In this document: positions 1-12,345 of the stretch, piece by piece
Layout of the letters: the number at the start of each line of letters is the position of its first letter
Position numbering within the stretch: position 1 is the first letter of the stretch
Source: Octopus sinensis
Taxonomy: Eukaryota
NCBI RefSeq assembly: GCF_006345805.1
Contig: NC_043001.1
Coordinates: 49,910,001-49,974,000 of the forward strand
Direction of reading: 5' to 3'
DNA: 64,000 bases
Translations under genes and position numbers: made by a program
Notes under the pieces: generated by a model
What the model was told of the DNA's origin: nothing
Database searches by the model: none
What the model saw: only the letters and a program-made list of their open reading frames with translations

Positions 1-117
1 ATGAAAGACAAAGCCCACAAAAGATGATGACAACAAAATGATGACACTGCTGTCTTCTGTCTTCTCTTTGATGACAATGACAGATGGTGAGAAAGACCAA
101 AAGAAATACAGACTCAC

Positions 118-420
118 CTTGAATGACGACTTCACGGGTTACATTGCTGATGGAATCCCCATTGGTACTGACAAGCCTACAAGTGTAATTTCCAGTGTCA
201 TTCAAACTAAGGTCCGTCAGTGTAAGACTATAGTCTTCACCCACTGACACTCCCGCTTTATCGCCATTCACTGCACTGGGTTTTGGACTGAGGTCATGGC
301 CGATGAGGAGCTGGTCATTTATGTACCACTTGACCGCTGCAACCTTTTCAGACGTTTCACTGCATGGTATCATAATCATACCATTTGCTTCCGCAAACAA
401 TGTATTGCTGTCTGTAGAAT
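118..420 (-). CDS. Internal coding exon encoding an immunoglobulin (V/I-set-like) domain of a secreted or cell-surface IgSF protein
   Basis: Acceptor tttacttttccag|AT at 421 and donor AAG|gtgagt at 117. The exon is 303 nt, phase 1-1 and open throughout: (D)STDSNTLFAEANGMIMIPCSETSEKVAAVKWYINDQLLIGHDLSPKPSAVNGDKAGVSVGEDYSLTLTDLSLNDTGNYTCRLVSTNGDSISNVTREVVIQ. Ig signature: strand-B Cys, strand-C Trp, LTL and D-x-G-x-Y-x-C. Three N-glycosylation sequons (NDT, NYT, NVT). Confidence 0.93.
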
Positions 421-1002
421 CTGGAAAAGTAAATGGAAATAGTAATGTATAAGTTAACAGGATTAAAACTGAATATAACACTGTACATTTTGATTACTAT
501 TTAGTATATAAAAGGTTTAAATGCTAATTATGCATTAATCATATTTAGTCTCGCAGCAAAATAATATTGGGGTTATAACTGATTATATAAAGTAAGTAGA
601 TGTCAATGGGAAGTATAAAGTTGTATGAGCTCAGTTCTTCACCAAAAAAAGAAAATAATAATTATTTTTTGTTTGTGCTAATATAAGTGTGTTTGTGTGT
701 ACATGTGTGCATGCGTGAATGTAAAGAAAACCTGTCACTTGTAAGTATGACTTAGTAGCAGGTGCTATGTTTTCACCAATTGTTTTAGATGCCTATGTAG
801 TTGCAAGCAGATAAAAATATCCTCTCAGCCCTTGACTCATTGAAACATCTGGTATAAAGGAAGAGGTGGATGGTTTTCATTTTCGGCTGAGTTGACTGAA
901 CCAGTATAAAATGAAGTACTTTGCCCAGTTCAGGAGTCAACCCCACAACCACAAGACCATGCATCCAACATCCTAACCAATAGGCTAGCATTCTATTCTC
1001 TT

Positions 1003-1230
1003 TTGCACAGACCACTAACTACCTATGATGACTGCTATGATCTTCCCATGTTCCCCACACAACAGAGGCTGTCAGCATCTCTGACTCTCAAAGAACTGGA
1101 GATTGCATTCTGCCAGCTGACAACAAAGCACTTGGGCTGGTTTGCTGGTTCTACTCCATCTGAAATCTACAAACAAGGAAGAAGATCTATGGAAGTTCAT
1201 TTCACAAATATAAGAATAACAATCTGTCTT
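1003..1230 (+). mobile_element. RTE-type RT relic
   Basis: LTLKELEIAFCQL..PSEIYKQG resembles the region around the KAPGxDG motif. Other relics at ~6780-7010 (-), ~15330-15780 (+) and ~62100-62260 (+). Confidence 0.55.
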
Positions 1231-1242
1231 GAGCAACTTTAA

Positions 1243-1451
1243 CTCTTTAGCATTCAAATTACTCTGTCAAATATAATGCTTATTTATTCACATTGTTTTG
1301 AATTAATCCTGCATTACCTCACATATTTGAGATATTGATGATGTGATTATTAATTTTTTAGAATGGCATAGTAAGCTAGGTGTAAGATGCCAGAGAACAT
1401 AAAACAGGTGGAATATTTTGAATGGATATGGCTGTTTTAAATACTAAAGGG
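1243..1451. mobile_element. piggyBac-type MITE family 1
   Basis: ttaa-ctctttagcattc ... aatactaaaggg-tta; the interior aligns with 2895-3115. Confidence 0.75.
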
Positions 1452-2296
1452 TTACAGATGTCAACTATCAACATCATCATCATTTTATGTCAGCTTTCCA
1501 TGCTGGGATGAGTAGGATGGGTGTTCAGATTTGAATCAGTTCTTATTTGAAGTTACTCCTCCATTTCATTTTTGGTTTGGATTTTAAAGTTGGATGCTCT
1601 TCCTATCACTACTGCAAGAAAGGTTGTCATACCTTTGGCAAGTCTCATTCATTCAGCAATTACTTCACAGAGTGTACTGAGTTCGTTTTATTTTCGCACC
1701 AGCACTAAAGAGATTATCTCTTAACTTGTAAAACAAACATATCCTTACTACTCTATGATGTATTTGTTCACTCAAAACACTATGACTGAGAAGGTGAGTA
1801 GAAAAGAGGGTGATGACTAATGAACCATAATGGGTGGGTGGAAGGATTAAGAGTATGCTGGTAGAAACAATGATTGGTGTAAAAGAATGGCAAATGGGGA
1901 GAAAAACTGACAAATAGTAATAGAGGTGGACAATAGTAAGAGTGAGTGATGGCTGTCAATAGCAAGTGGCTGAAGGAAGACAGACTGATGACTAGGGTGC
2001 ATCAGATACATATAAAGAGTGGTAGGAAGAGTGATGGGTAGGAAAATTGAAAATGAGCAGGTTTAACAATACTATCCCGTGGTACTCAGGTGGTATGGTA
2101 ACTGCCTAGATGAGAGATGAGATTAGATGATTAGACAGGTTGAATACCATCCTTAATTACACAAGCACCATTGCAAATAAAAAGAAGAGATGGTGAGTGA
2201 CATAACTGATAGAGATAAAAAGGGTATCAGAGCTGGGGAAGACAACTGTAGATTTAAAAAGGGATATATTGGGAAATAGGTCCAAAAAGTGTATAC

Positions 2297-2331
<35 letters not shown>

Positions 2332-2600
2332 AACCTATATATATATATATATATATAGGTTTCAAATTTTGGCACAAGCAGCAATTTCAGAGGAGGGGGA
2401 AAGTCGATTACATCATATTTTATTGATCCCAAAAAGATGGAAGGCTAAGTTAATTAATTAACCTCATTGGAATTTGAGCTCAGAACACAAAGAAAGACAA
2501 AATGCTGCTCAGCGTTTTGCCCAGTATGCTAGCAATTCTGCCAGCTAACCACCTTATGTGTCTGTGTATATATGTACATGTACATTTTTTTAATACAGAT

Positions 2601-2769
2601 CAGTGCTCTGCTACCGGTGTTCCACAAGATGATGCTAGGTGTGCTGCAGTGTAACCTGAAAATAATTTTTTTCCCCTGTACTTCTAGTTACATTTTTTGA
2701 TCAGATGTGCTGCCGAATTTTGAAAACAATATAAGTGTACCACAAGTTGAAAAAGGTTGCAGAGCACTG
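2601..2769. mobile_element. hAT (Charlie-like) MITE
   Basis: 15-bp TIR cagtgctctgc(t/a)acc. Flanking 8-mers atacagat and acatagat match at 6 of 8 positions. Confidence 0.75.
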
Positions 2770-2894
2770 ACATAGATCAATGTAGAACAGAAATTTTATA
2801 ACATAGAACCCAGGGTAGTCTCAGATGGGTTGGCATCAAAAGAGCTAAACTGAAAACATAATCGAACATAACTAAACCATCATCATTGTTTTAA

Positions 2895-3115
2895 CCCTTT
2901 AGTATTCAGATTGTGTTATCAAATGTAATGCCTTTTTAATCACACTGTTTTTAATTAACCATGAATTTTCTTGTAGTTTTGAGATTTTGATGATGTGGTT
3001 GTTATTTTCAGATTGACATTATAAGATAGGTGCTACATGCTGGATCTGACTGGTTTGAACACAAAAGCAGGGGGAAATATTTGGGCCAGATATGACCGGT
3101 TTAAATGCTAAAGGG
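2895..3115. mobile_element. piggyBac-type MITE family 1
   Basis: TTAA|cccttta...taaaggg|TTAA. Related copies at 1243-1451 and 55738-56476 (nested RTE); partial copies at ~51630-51660 and ~53800-53860. Confidence 0.85.
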
Positions 3116-5612
3116 TTAAAGTCTATTATTCCATGCTTGCATGGGTCTGATAGATTTGAGAAGATTCTCTATGGCCAGATGCCTTTTCTGTTGCCAAGTA
3201 AACAAAACAGCTTTGTTGTTAATATAGCTAAATGTCACAAAATATTTAGTTGAGCACTGTCTCAGTTCTGCTACTCTAGTGTCAATAATTAAATTATCAG
3301 AAATATTAAATTTCTAAATATCTCAGAGAGATATGTGCGGTGGTGGAGCGATTGAGTGGTTGTATACTGTCAACTTAACATGACAGTCCCGTAAGGGAAT
3401 TACACCACCGCTGTTTAGCTCTAGGAAGCATCGACACTTCCTGTCGGCCTTGACACATTTCCTGTGTCCTTATATATTTACGAAGGGGAGACAAACACCC
3501 CCAACAAGCAAATTTAAGGGTAGGAAACAAGTGAAATAACCTCACAACAGTAGGCAGAGGAATGGCTGTGTGGTTAAGAAGGTGGCTTCAAACCTACATG
3601 GTTTGGAATTCAATACCATTACGAGGCAAGTTGGATACATGTCTTTTACTGCTGTCTCATGCTGACCAACGCCTTGTAAGTGAAATTTGATACAGAGAAA
3701 TTGTATGGAAGCATGTCATGTGCATGTCTGTATCCATGTGTCTTCACACATTGACAGAGTTTTGCAAGTAGTGACAATATTTAACTCTCCCAGGAATGAA
3801 ACGTTCAGCTGTGATTTGACTTACAATTTTTTTTTTTTAAAAAGGGACGGGGGTAAACTTAATTGGAAAATAAAAGTTAGCATCAGGAAGGGTATCCAGC
3901 CATAGAATAGAAACTCAAAACATCTCAACCAACCCATGCCAATGGGAAAGCTAATGTAAAAATATATTGGTAATGATTGTAATTATTATTATTATTAGTG
4001 TAAATTCACATCTTTAAACTAGATATAGTCATTTAAATTTACTATTGTACTTAACTGGTGCTTATTATACTGACCCTGGAAGGATGAAGATGAACTGCTT
4101 GGTGGAATCTGAACTCAGAATGCAAAGAGGTGTGTCTAAAAAACATCATAACATATTTCGCCCCCAACACTATCAATTCTTCCAACCACCCATTCACTCA
4201 CCCACTAATGATGAAGATCAATCATATTGGCAATCAATTTCAGTAGAAAACTGATTCTAAAATTATTGATACTTACCTCGAACACAAATGTACCCAGTAC
4301 ACGTATGCACACACACACACTTACACATGCACAATTAATTAATCAAATTAATTAACTCAGTATTAAAATATGTGACCACATTCCTAACAAACCTCTCAAA
4401 TCACGGGGTTACTTAGTGTGAAGGGGATGAGGCGTGAGAGAAAGCATGTGAGTGGTGTTAGCAAGATAAGAGAGTGTTGTGACTGGAGTGGGAGTGAGAG
4501 GTGGTGTGAACTGGTTGACACGAGCGATTGGCTGATTGATTTCTCAATGGTTTCAGTAGTTACACAACAATCAAGAGTAGGCTATAAGTCTAATTTAAGC
4601 ACCACTGAGGGGTGGAGGAAGAGGAGGAAAAAGTAGAGTGGTGGTGGCAGCAGTAGTAGATAATAAGACAACTCAAAGTATTTCTAACAATACCACTATC
4701 AACACCATCACTACACCATTATTACTACTACTAAGTACTGCTGCTGCGTCTACTACTACTACTACCATTACAAGAGACATGGCAGTCAGGATCACTCCCA
4801 CTACCACAACAGCAATAATTACAACTACTACTACTACTACTAGTCCCACCATCATAATCCTTTCTACTATAGGCACAAGGCCTGGAATTTGGTGGGGGGG
4901 GGAACTAGTCAATTTCATTGACACCAGTACTGGAACTTATTTTATTGACCCCTGAAAGGTTGAAAGGCAAAATCGGCCCTGGTAGTATTTGAACTCAGAA
5001 GAATATGCCACTAAGTGATTTTTCTGGCATGGTAATGATCCTGCCACCTCACTGCCTTCACAATAATAATAATCCTAGCTAACATCATTACCACTAATAC
5101 TACTACCAATACTAATTACGATCATCAAGCAACCATTCTAACATCAACATTGCAACCCATGAATCATCTACTCATATACTCTCTCACCATATCCACATAT
5201 ATAAACAAATATCCATTAACATATACAAACATGTATATGTTTACGGATATTTGTATGTATGTTTGTATGCACACAATTGTGTGTGTGTGTGTGTTTACAC
5301 ATGCCTACCTCATCAACTTGTGTACTTAGTTCACACAAATCCTCATTTCTCTCAACAAACCCACTTCATCCCTTAATCTATTAACCTAATACGCAAAGCA
5401 TTTAATTAATCATTAATTGTAGAGAGAATAGGTGACCGCATTTTTAACAAACAGCTCAATTATTTCCTCCATTGATAAAAATTTCCTAGTCGCATCTAGT
5501 TTTTTTTTTTTTTCTCTCTTTCTTTTTCTTTCTCTGCAGCCTGAAAGAATGCTCAAAGCCAGAGATTCTGAGTGACTACAGAATGGATCATCAGCTCTGC
5601 ACAAATAAATAA

Positions 5613-6036
5613 ACTCTACTATACTCTTTACTCTTTTACTTGTTTCAGTCATTTGACTGCGGCCATGCTGGAGCACCACCTTTAGTCGAGCAAATCGACC
5701 CCGGGGCTTATTCTTTGTAAGCCCAGTACTTATTCTATCGGTCTCTTTTGCCGAACCGCTAAGTGACGGGGACGTAAACACACCAGCATGAGTTGTCAAG
5801 CAATGCTAGAGGGACAAACATAGACACACAAACATATACACACACACATACATATATATATATACATATATACGACAGGCTTCTTTCAGTTTCCGTCTAC
5901 CAAATCCACTCACAAGGCTTTGGTCGGTCCAAGGCTATAGCAGAAGACACTTGCCCAAGATGCCACGCAGTGGGACTGAACCTGGAACTATGAGGTTGGT
6001 TAGCAAGCTATTTACCACACAGCCACTCCTGCGCCT
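5613..6036 (-). mobile_element. tRNA-derived SINE family A
   Basis: Head with A box (tggctgtgtggtaa) and B box (ggttcagtccc), central (TA/CA)n, tail (gtaaaaga)n. Confidence 0.9.
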
Positions 6037-6174
6037 ATATATACTATTCTGCCTAAAAAATGGATCTACATCTTCAATATCCCTACATGTCTCACATTTA
6101 TTTTCTTTCCTCCACTTCACTCTCTATTTTGTATCCTATCTAAATTAACTATTACTTAACCATCCTCTCACACC

Positions 6175-6226
6175 GTCTCCGATGAAGGGATATAATTAAT
6201 AAATATCCTGGAAACAGCTGTAAGAC
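6175..6226 (+). ncRNA. Type I hammerhead ribozyme with one core mutation
   Basis: GUCU-C(C)GAUGA-aGGGAUA..UAUCCUg-GAAAC-AGCU-GUA-AGAC. U4 is changed to C; palindromic ACAGCUGU stem III. Confidence 0.7.
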
Positions 6227-8925
6227 CTTCTATCTATAAATGTTCTAATATCTACACAGCCATGGCTTTTTTTTTTCTCATTATACAAAAATTTCTTATA
6301 AACTCTGCTACATATATGTACTGTATACTCTTTCTCCTATTTGGGCAACAAAATCATCAGCATCATTTAATGCCCACCTTTCCATACTTGAATGGGAATT
6401 CTTTGAGGTGGATTTTCTACAGCCAGATGCCTTTCTTGTTGCTAACTCTCACTTGTCAGTTTTGGCATTGTTCCTAAAGCTGAATGCTCTTCCTAAAGCC
6501 AACCACTTTGCATCATGTACTGGATGCTTTTCTTATGCAATTAGCACAAATGAGGTTGCTGAATAACTTGCATGACAAAAAGAAAGAAAAAGAACAAAAA
6601 GAAAAACCTACTACATTACGGGGGGGGGGGAGTGCGAGAGGGTGATGGCTTTATGTCAAGTGTGGAGAGGTTAAAGTATCACACACACACACAATAGAAC
6701 AAATGAGTGAACATGGATTCAGCAAGCTGCAGAGCAAGCAAATCATTTAGTAACTGCTTGCTTGCTTCATGCTCTTGCTTGATAGGGATGAGATCATCCC
6801 AGATTAGTGGTCCCAGAGATGTCATCATGTGTAGAGAGCCAATCAGGTCTACCAGTGCTCTCCAGCAACTGGCTGTCCCATGCTAGCCCTTCTGCATCCT
6901 CCAATGTGAGTGACGTTGGGCCTCTGGAGATCTTCTCCATTCATGTCCAGTCATCTGGTGCAAGGCCTGCCATGAGACGTCTTCCAGCCCACAGCAGTGG
7001 CATCAATGAAGCTGTTTAAAAACTGGCACAAGGTAATATGGACTCTTTATTTTAGCAGGCATTTTGTGCCAATCTATACATATAAAGCTGAAGTTGTGTG
7101 TGTGCGTGTGTGTGTGTGTGTGTATGGCAGGTTTGGCAGCCTTCAACTAACACTATCTCCTCCGAGACCCTGCAGCGCAAGTTGACCAAAATTGAGAGTA
7201 TGATAGAAACAGGCTTGCTCTTCATTCCGTAGAAGAAAAAGTTCAAATCAGACCCATGTTAAGACTAAAATTATTTACATTAAAAAGGTGCTTTTTTTCT
7301 ATGAAAATTCCTATTTTTTAAGATTTTTTGACTGCTGTTTCGCCATTTTTCGGTGTATTTCAACCAGAAAAATGTTCACTTAAAGAGAATAACAAGCTAC
7401 ATAATGCAAAATCTTTACTTTTCAAAAAAGATTGAAACTATGTCGAAACTTTGTTAACGCGACATCAAAGTCTGCCGTTTTAAGCGCAACTAAAAAACAA
7501 ACCCCAGCATGATAAAATGCACCTGGTCCATGTTGTGAAAAGATTGGTGATTTGGAAGAGTGTCTTGCTGTAAAAACCATGCTAAAAATGACATATACAA
7601 CAACAAAGTTAGTTAATCATGTATGCTAAATGATGAAGGACTGTAAATTAGTAAGAGGCCTTTGCGACTCATGATGGGGAAAACACAAAAGTGATGATGA
7701 TGAAACTAAAATATGAATCAGAATTAGAATAGAATGTCTCAGAACAATACTACTCTATTAGAAACAGTAAGAATGTTTTGACATCACTGGATACTAGGCA
7801 GCTCTCACTCAACCCAAATACTGATTTTAAAGCAGATGGGTGTGTGGCGTTGATTTTGTTTAGGTCATTAATAGTGTAAGAGAAGTGAACTGGTTGTAAT
7901 CTGGGAATTAAATGTTGCTCACTGAGACTGTACTGTGATTAGAAGACACAAGACCAAACCCACTTTAATCATTTATAGTGTCTGAAAATTTTTATCATTT
8001 TATCTTATTGAAATTACCCACTCCCCTTGATTGTTACTTTTAGATATTTAAAACCTGTTGATGGAAATTTGTCTAATTGCTTGGATGATCTCAGTTGGCT
8101 GAAGTTTTCCATCACTCAATGTGAAATCTGCACAATGATAGGCAAGTCTCTCGTTCCGTAATACCTATTCCCCAGTAATAATTTCTTCTCACCTAAATAC
8201 TAAATAGCTTTTTTCTTTCTTCCTTATAACATTTTGCCATTGGGTATTATGTTGTACATGCTTTTGGATGTGATGCATTATAAGCTTCTGTACATGTGTG
8301 TCATTTATCAACAGGTTTTGTATCAGGATGTGTATCATCCTGATACAAAACCTCAAACATGTGTCATTGAAGAGTTGGTGGGGCTGTTATTTCTAAGCAA
8401 GTGGGTGACTTTATAGAACAGTGATTCTCAACTATTTTTTTTTACCCGTGGACCCTTTTGATTATTTTGATGGACCCTCACAGCCATTTGATGTTTAAAA
8501 ACTAGTTTTACAAATACTTCTTTTAAAATTCCTATTCTGTTTCTCACACGTTCAACTTTATGTAGGTTAGCAATAGCTACCTAACATGAGTCTTGAGATT
8601 TTCCTTTGTATAGGGTACTGTGTGCATTGGTGAGAGTAGAATCTTTTAAATGCTGTTGGAAAGGTTTAGGAACATTCATTAAAAACAAATTTATCACAAA
8701 TATACTGGTCTGAAGATCACAGGTCAAAAGACATACTTGTAGAAAAGCATTCTTAGCAAAACAAGTTGTTTTGAAAGATAAACTCATCAGAAACAATATT
8801 AATCCAAGAAAAAGCAGAATAATGGTTGGAATCTAGACATTTTAAATTTCAAGCCTTTTGATACCAAACTGCCTGAAACCATATCTGGTTTAATGGCATA
8901 AGGTTCTTGCTTAATGTGATCTAGA

Positions 8926-9324
8926 CACTCTTTACACTCATTTACTTGTTTCAGTTATTTGACTGCAGCCATGCTGGAGCACCGCCTTTAGTCAAGCAAA
9001 TCGACCCCAGGACTTATTCTTTCTAAGCTTAGTACTTATTCTAATGGTCTCTTTGCCAAACTGCTAAGTTACGGGGATGTAAACACACCAGCATCGGTTG
9101 TCAAGCGATGTTGGGGGGGACAAATATAGACACACAAACACACACACATATATATACATGTACATATATACGACAGGCTTCTTTCAGTTTCCGTCTACCA
9201 AATCCACTCACAAGGATTTGGTCAGCCTAAGGTGATAGTAGAAGGCACTTGCCCAAGGTGCCACACAGTGGGACTGAACCTGGAACCATGTGGTTGGTAA
9301 GCAAGCTGCTTACCACACAACCAC
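8926..9324 (-). mobile_element. SINE family A, inserted in MITE family 2
   Basis: Full-length copy; MITE halves on both sides. Confidence 0.9.
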
Positions 9325-9537
9325 AAAACCGTCTATCAAAATTTCATCTCCATTTATGTTTTAGATACTAACTTTAAAGTGTAAAAGCTATTTTACAAAA
9401 TTCTTCATTATGTCCAAATTTACCTGAAACAAAGTCAGTGTATTTCAATGGAAATATGACATGAAAATGGTCAATATGTATTCCTATAAATATTTTTCAA
9501 TAAATATACTTTTTGGTTTACTTTTTTGCTAACTAAT

Positions 9538-9910
9538 AGGCATGGCTGTGTGATAAGATGCATGCTTCCCAAACACACGGTTCTAGGTTCAGTCCCACTG
9601 TGTGGCACCTTTGGCAAGTGTCTTCTGCTATAGTCTCAGGCCAACCAAAGTCTTGTGAGTGGATTTGGTAGATGGAAACTGAAAGAAGCCTGTCATGTGT
9701 GTGTGTGTCTCCTCCATCACCACTTGACAACTGGTGTTGGTGTGTTTACATGCCCATAATTTAGCAGCTTGGCAAAAGAGACCAAGAGAATAAATACCAA
9801 ACTTTAAAAAAAAAGTACAGTAGTTGATTCATTTTACAAAAAAAAATTTTCAAGGCAGTGCTCCAGCATGGTCACAGTCTAATGATTGAAACAAGTAAAA
9901 GATAAAAGAT
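9538..9910 (+). mobile_element. SINE family A
   Basis: Full-length copy, inverted relative to 8926-9324. Confidence 0.88.
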
Positions 9911-10096
9911 AATACATTTCCAATCAATTTGATTTCTGATCAGTTTGTTTTTCAGTCAATAAGCTTACCCAATACCACAGTGAATAGGGTGCATTCAGTT
10001 AGTAGTAGCTATTTAAGGGGGGGGTTGTATCTAGGAAAATATTTAGTGATTACATAAATCCTTATATGTGAATAATCACTAAATCACACCTAAGAT

Positions 10097-10353
10097 CAGT
10101 GGTTCTTAACTGGGACCCGTATGACCCTTGGGGGTCCATATGAGATGTAGTTGTAAAAAATTATGTTTAGTAAATCAGTTATACTTCAATAATACACAAA
10201 ATAGTTTAATTTTTTTATACAATTCCTAATGATATATAATTATAAAAATATGTTTTTTTTATAAAAAAAAACTTCAAATGGCTATGGGAGATCAGTACAG
10301 TAAAATAGGGGAAAGAAAGGGGTTCACACGCAAAAAAATGGGTGAGAGCCTCT
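10097..10353. mobile_element. hAT-type MITE, degenerate
   Basis: cagtggttcttaac ... ggtgagagcctctg ends; TSD not preserved. Confidence 0.5.
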
Positions 10354-12126
10354 GTTTTAGACAGAAATATACCAACTACAAACTACACACTGCCTGCTGT
10401 CACCCAGCTAACATGAAAGCCCTTAAATAACATGCTTTTACCTTAGAACCAGTACACCAGCTGAGCAGACAGAAAATGTTAAATACCAACACCTAACATT
10501 TCCATGATATATACACACCTCCAGAACAGCTAACATTTCATGGAGTCTGTTTTCACCACTCCCATCACCATCACTACCACCACTGCTCTAGATTCTCAAT
10601 ATCAGTTAACACAGTACTCTGTATAAATCGGGCATGAGTATCACATCCACACCCAATATTCCATTCATACTAACACATTTCCTCATCCCACCCAACCTGC
10701 ATCCTGTTCTCTGACTGCAACTCCTACCACCCATAAAGTGTCCGTATCCCACTCCACCCCCCGTTTAAAATTAAAGTATTAAAAACAAACAAAATATAGC
10801 CACCCTGAATATTTCTAATTCCCATTACACAGGCAAACCAACAAGAGTACTTTACACATCCCATCCTGGTTTAACCAATGGTAATATATCATCAAGCACA
10901 GAACAGCCAACCAAATGAATTGCTTTTCAACCCTAATGACTGGGACAGCAACAACAACAAAAACAAAATTAAATGAAGAAAATAATAAGAAATTACATCA
11001 CTGAATATAGATTATGAAAATGACTCACTACCTACTGTACAGCTGATGGGGGACACTACATCGTCACCAACTCGCTAGAAATAACCAATAAAGCAATATC
11101 TCCCTCAAATCACACTATACCCTCTTGGGGGTGGTCATGGCAGTAGGAATACCATTATGAGTTATGGCAGGTCCTGGACATTTTTAATCCTGATAGTGGT
11201 CATCTCTCTAGGTTTGGACATAGATGATTTAATATAAAGTGAAGAGAAGAGGAAAGAAGGTGAAGAAGATGACAAAGAAATAGAATGTGTAAATGAAGAA
11301 GGTGAAGACAAAGAAGGAAAAGGGTGAAGAAAAAAGGGTGAGAAGAAAAAGGGTGAAAAGAAAGAAAATAAGAATAATAAAGTGATGAAAAAGGAAGAAG
11401 AAAGGAAGGGAGAGAAAAAGAATTGCTGCCATCCCAAAACCAGTCCTGGACTACTGTATATACCCACAGATAAGTTGCACTTTCTTTACTAAAAATTTCC
11501 ATAAAAATCAGGAGTGTGACCTATTCACTCTACACCACAGGGGTCTGAACGTATCAGTAGTCAAGTTGATTTATCAATTAGACTCTGCAAAAATGTTGTA
11601 ATATTTGGAAGCAAAGTTTTGAAATAAAAGTGAATCTTTGATAATATTGAACAAATATTAGTTACATTTACATTAAAAAAGAGCCATGTAACTTCCCAGA
11701 TTATAGTGCGACCTATCTACGAATCAACTGCAAATACCTACTTTGACAACTTTGAACTAAATGTGTGATCTATCCACAAGTATATACGATAATACATTAT
11801 TTATTGACCCCAAAAGGACAAAAGGCAAAATTGATCTCATCAAAGCACAGTGATCTGGAATGGATATCACAGGATATACTACTGGATATTCTAATGACTC
11901 TACTAAAACATTCACCCATTCAACCATCACAGGAAGTAACAAATCAGATAATATAGTCCAACATATTTTTACAAAAGAGGACTGAGCTAAGACAACAATA
12001 ACAAAAATACTAACAACACAGAAACTACTTGAATCTGACATAGTTCATATCTGATATTTTCTTTGGGTTGCCACTACCAATGTTGACAGAATGAAAGTTA
12101 GATCTGGGATCAGTACTTTCTTTTTT

Positions 12127-12345
12127 AAAACCCTTTGGGTACCAACTCACTTCAGACTGCCCTGGTCCTTTGATACTAAATTCCCTTTTAAAAGTGATCT
12201 AAATTAAAAGCTTCCATTAAAATTTCATGTTATGTTCCAAACACTTAACTTAACGATAGTTATTTTTATGAAATTCTTCATTATTTTTTTAATTAATAGA
12301 AAGAAAGGCAGTATTTCAACAGAAATATTTTAATGAAAGGGTTAA
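12127..12345. mobile_element. piggyBac-type MITE family 2
   Basis: cccttt...gaaagggttaa ends. Related copies at ~16075-16286 and ~8855-9480 (the latter split by a SINE). Confidence 0.75.

Noticed and set aside
38-247. Plus-strand 69-aa ORF from the track
   Set aside because: It is the antisense shadow of the Ig exon and its donor region.
4638-4955. Thr-rich 105-aa ORF resembling a mucin stalk
   Set aside because: It comes from (ACT/ACC)n low-complexity DNA running into a SINE; similar artefacts occur at 11162-11502 and 34494-34787.
5613-6036. tRNA genes at SINE heads
   Set aside because: A and B boxes are present, but there is no complete cloverleaf and the heads continue into SINE bodies; I found no true tRNA or rRNA gene.
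7150-7500. CpG-retaining segment that looks like a dispersed repeat
   Set aside because: I could not identify termini, a TSD or coding motifs, so it is left unclassified.
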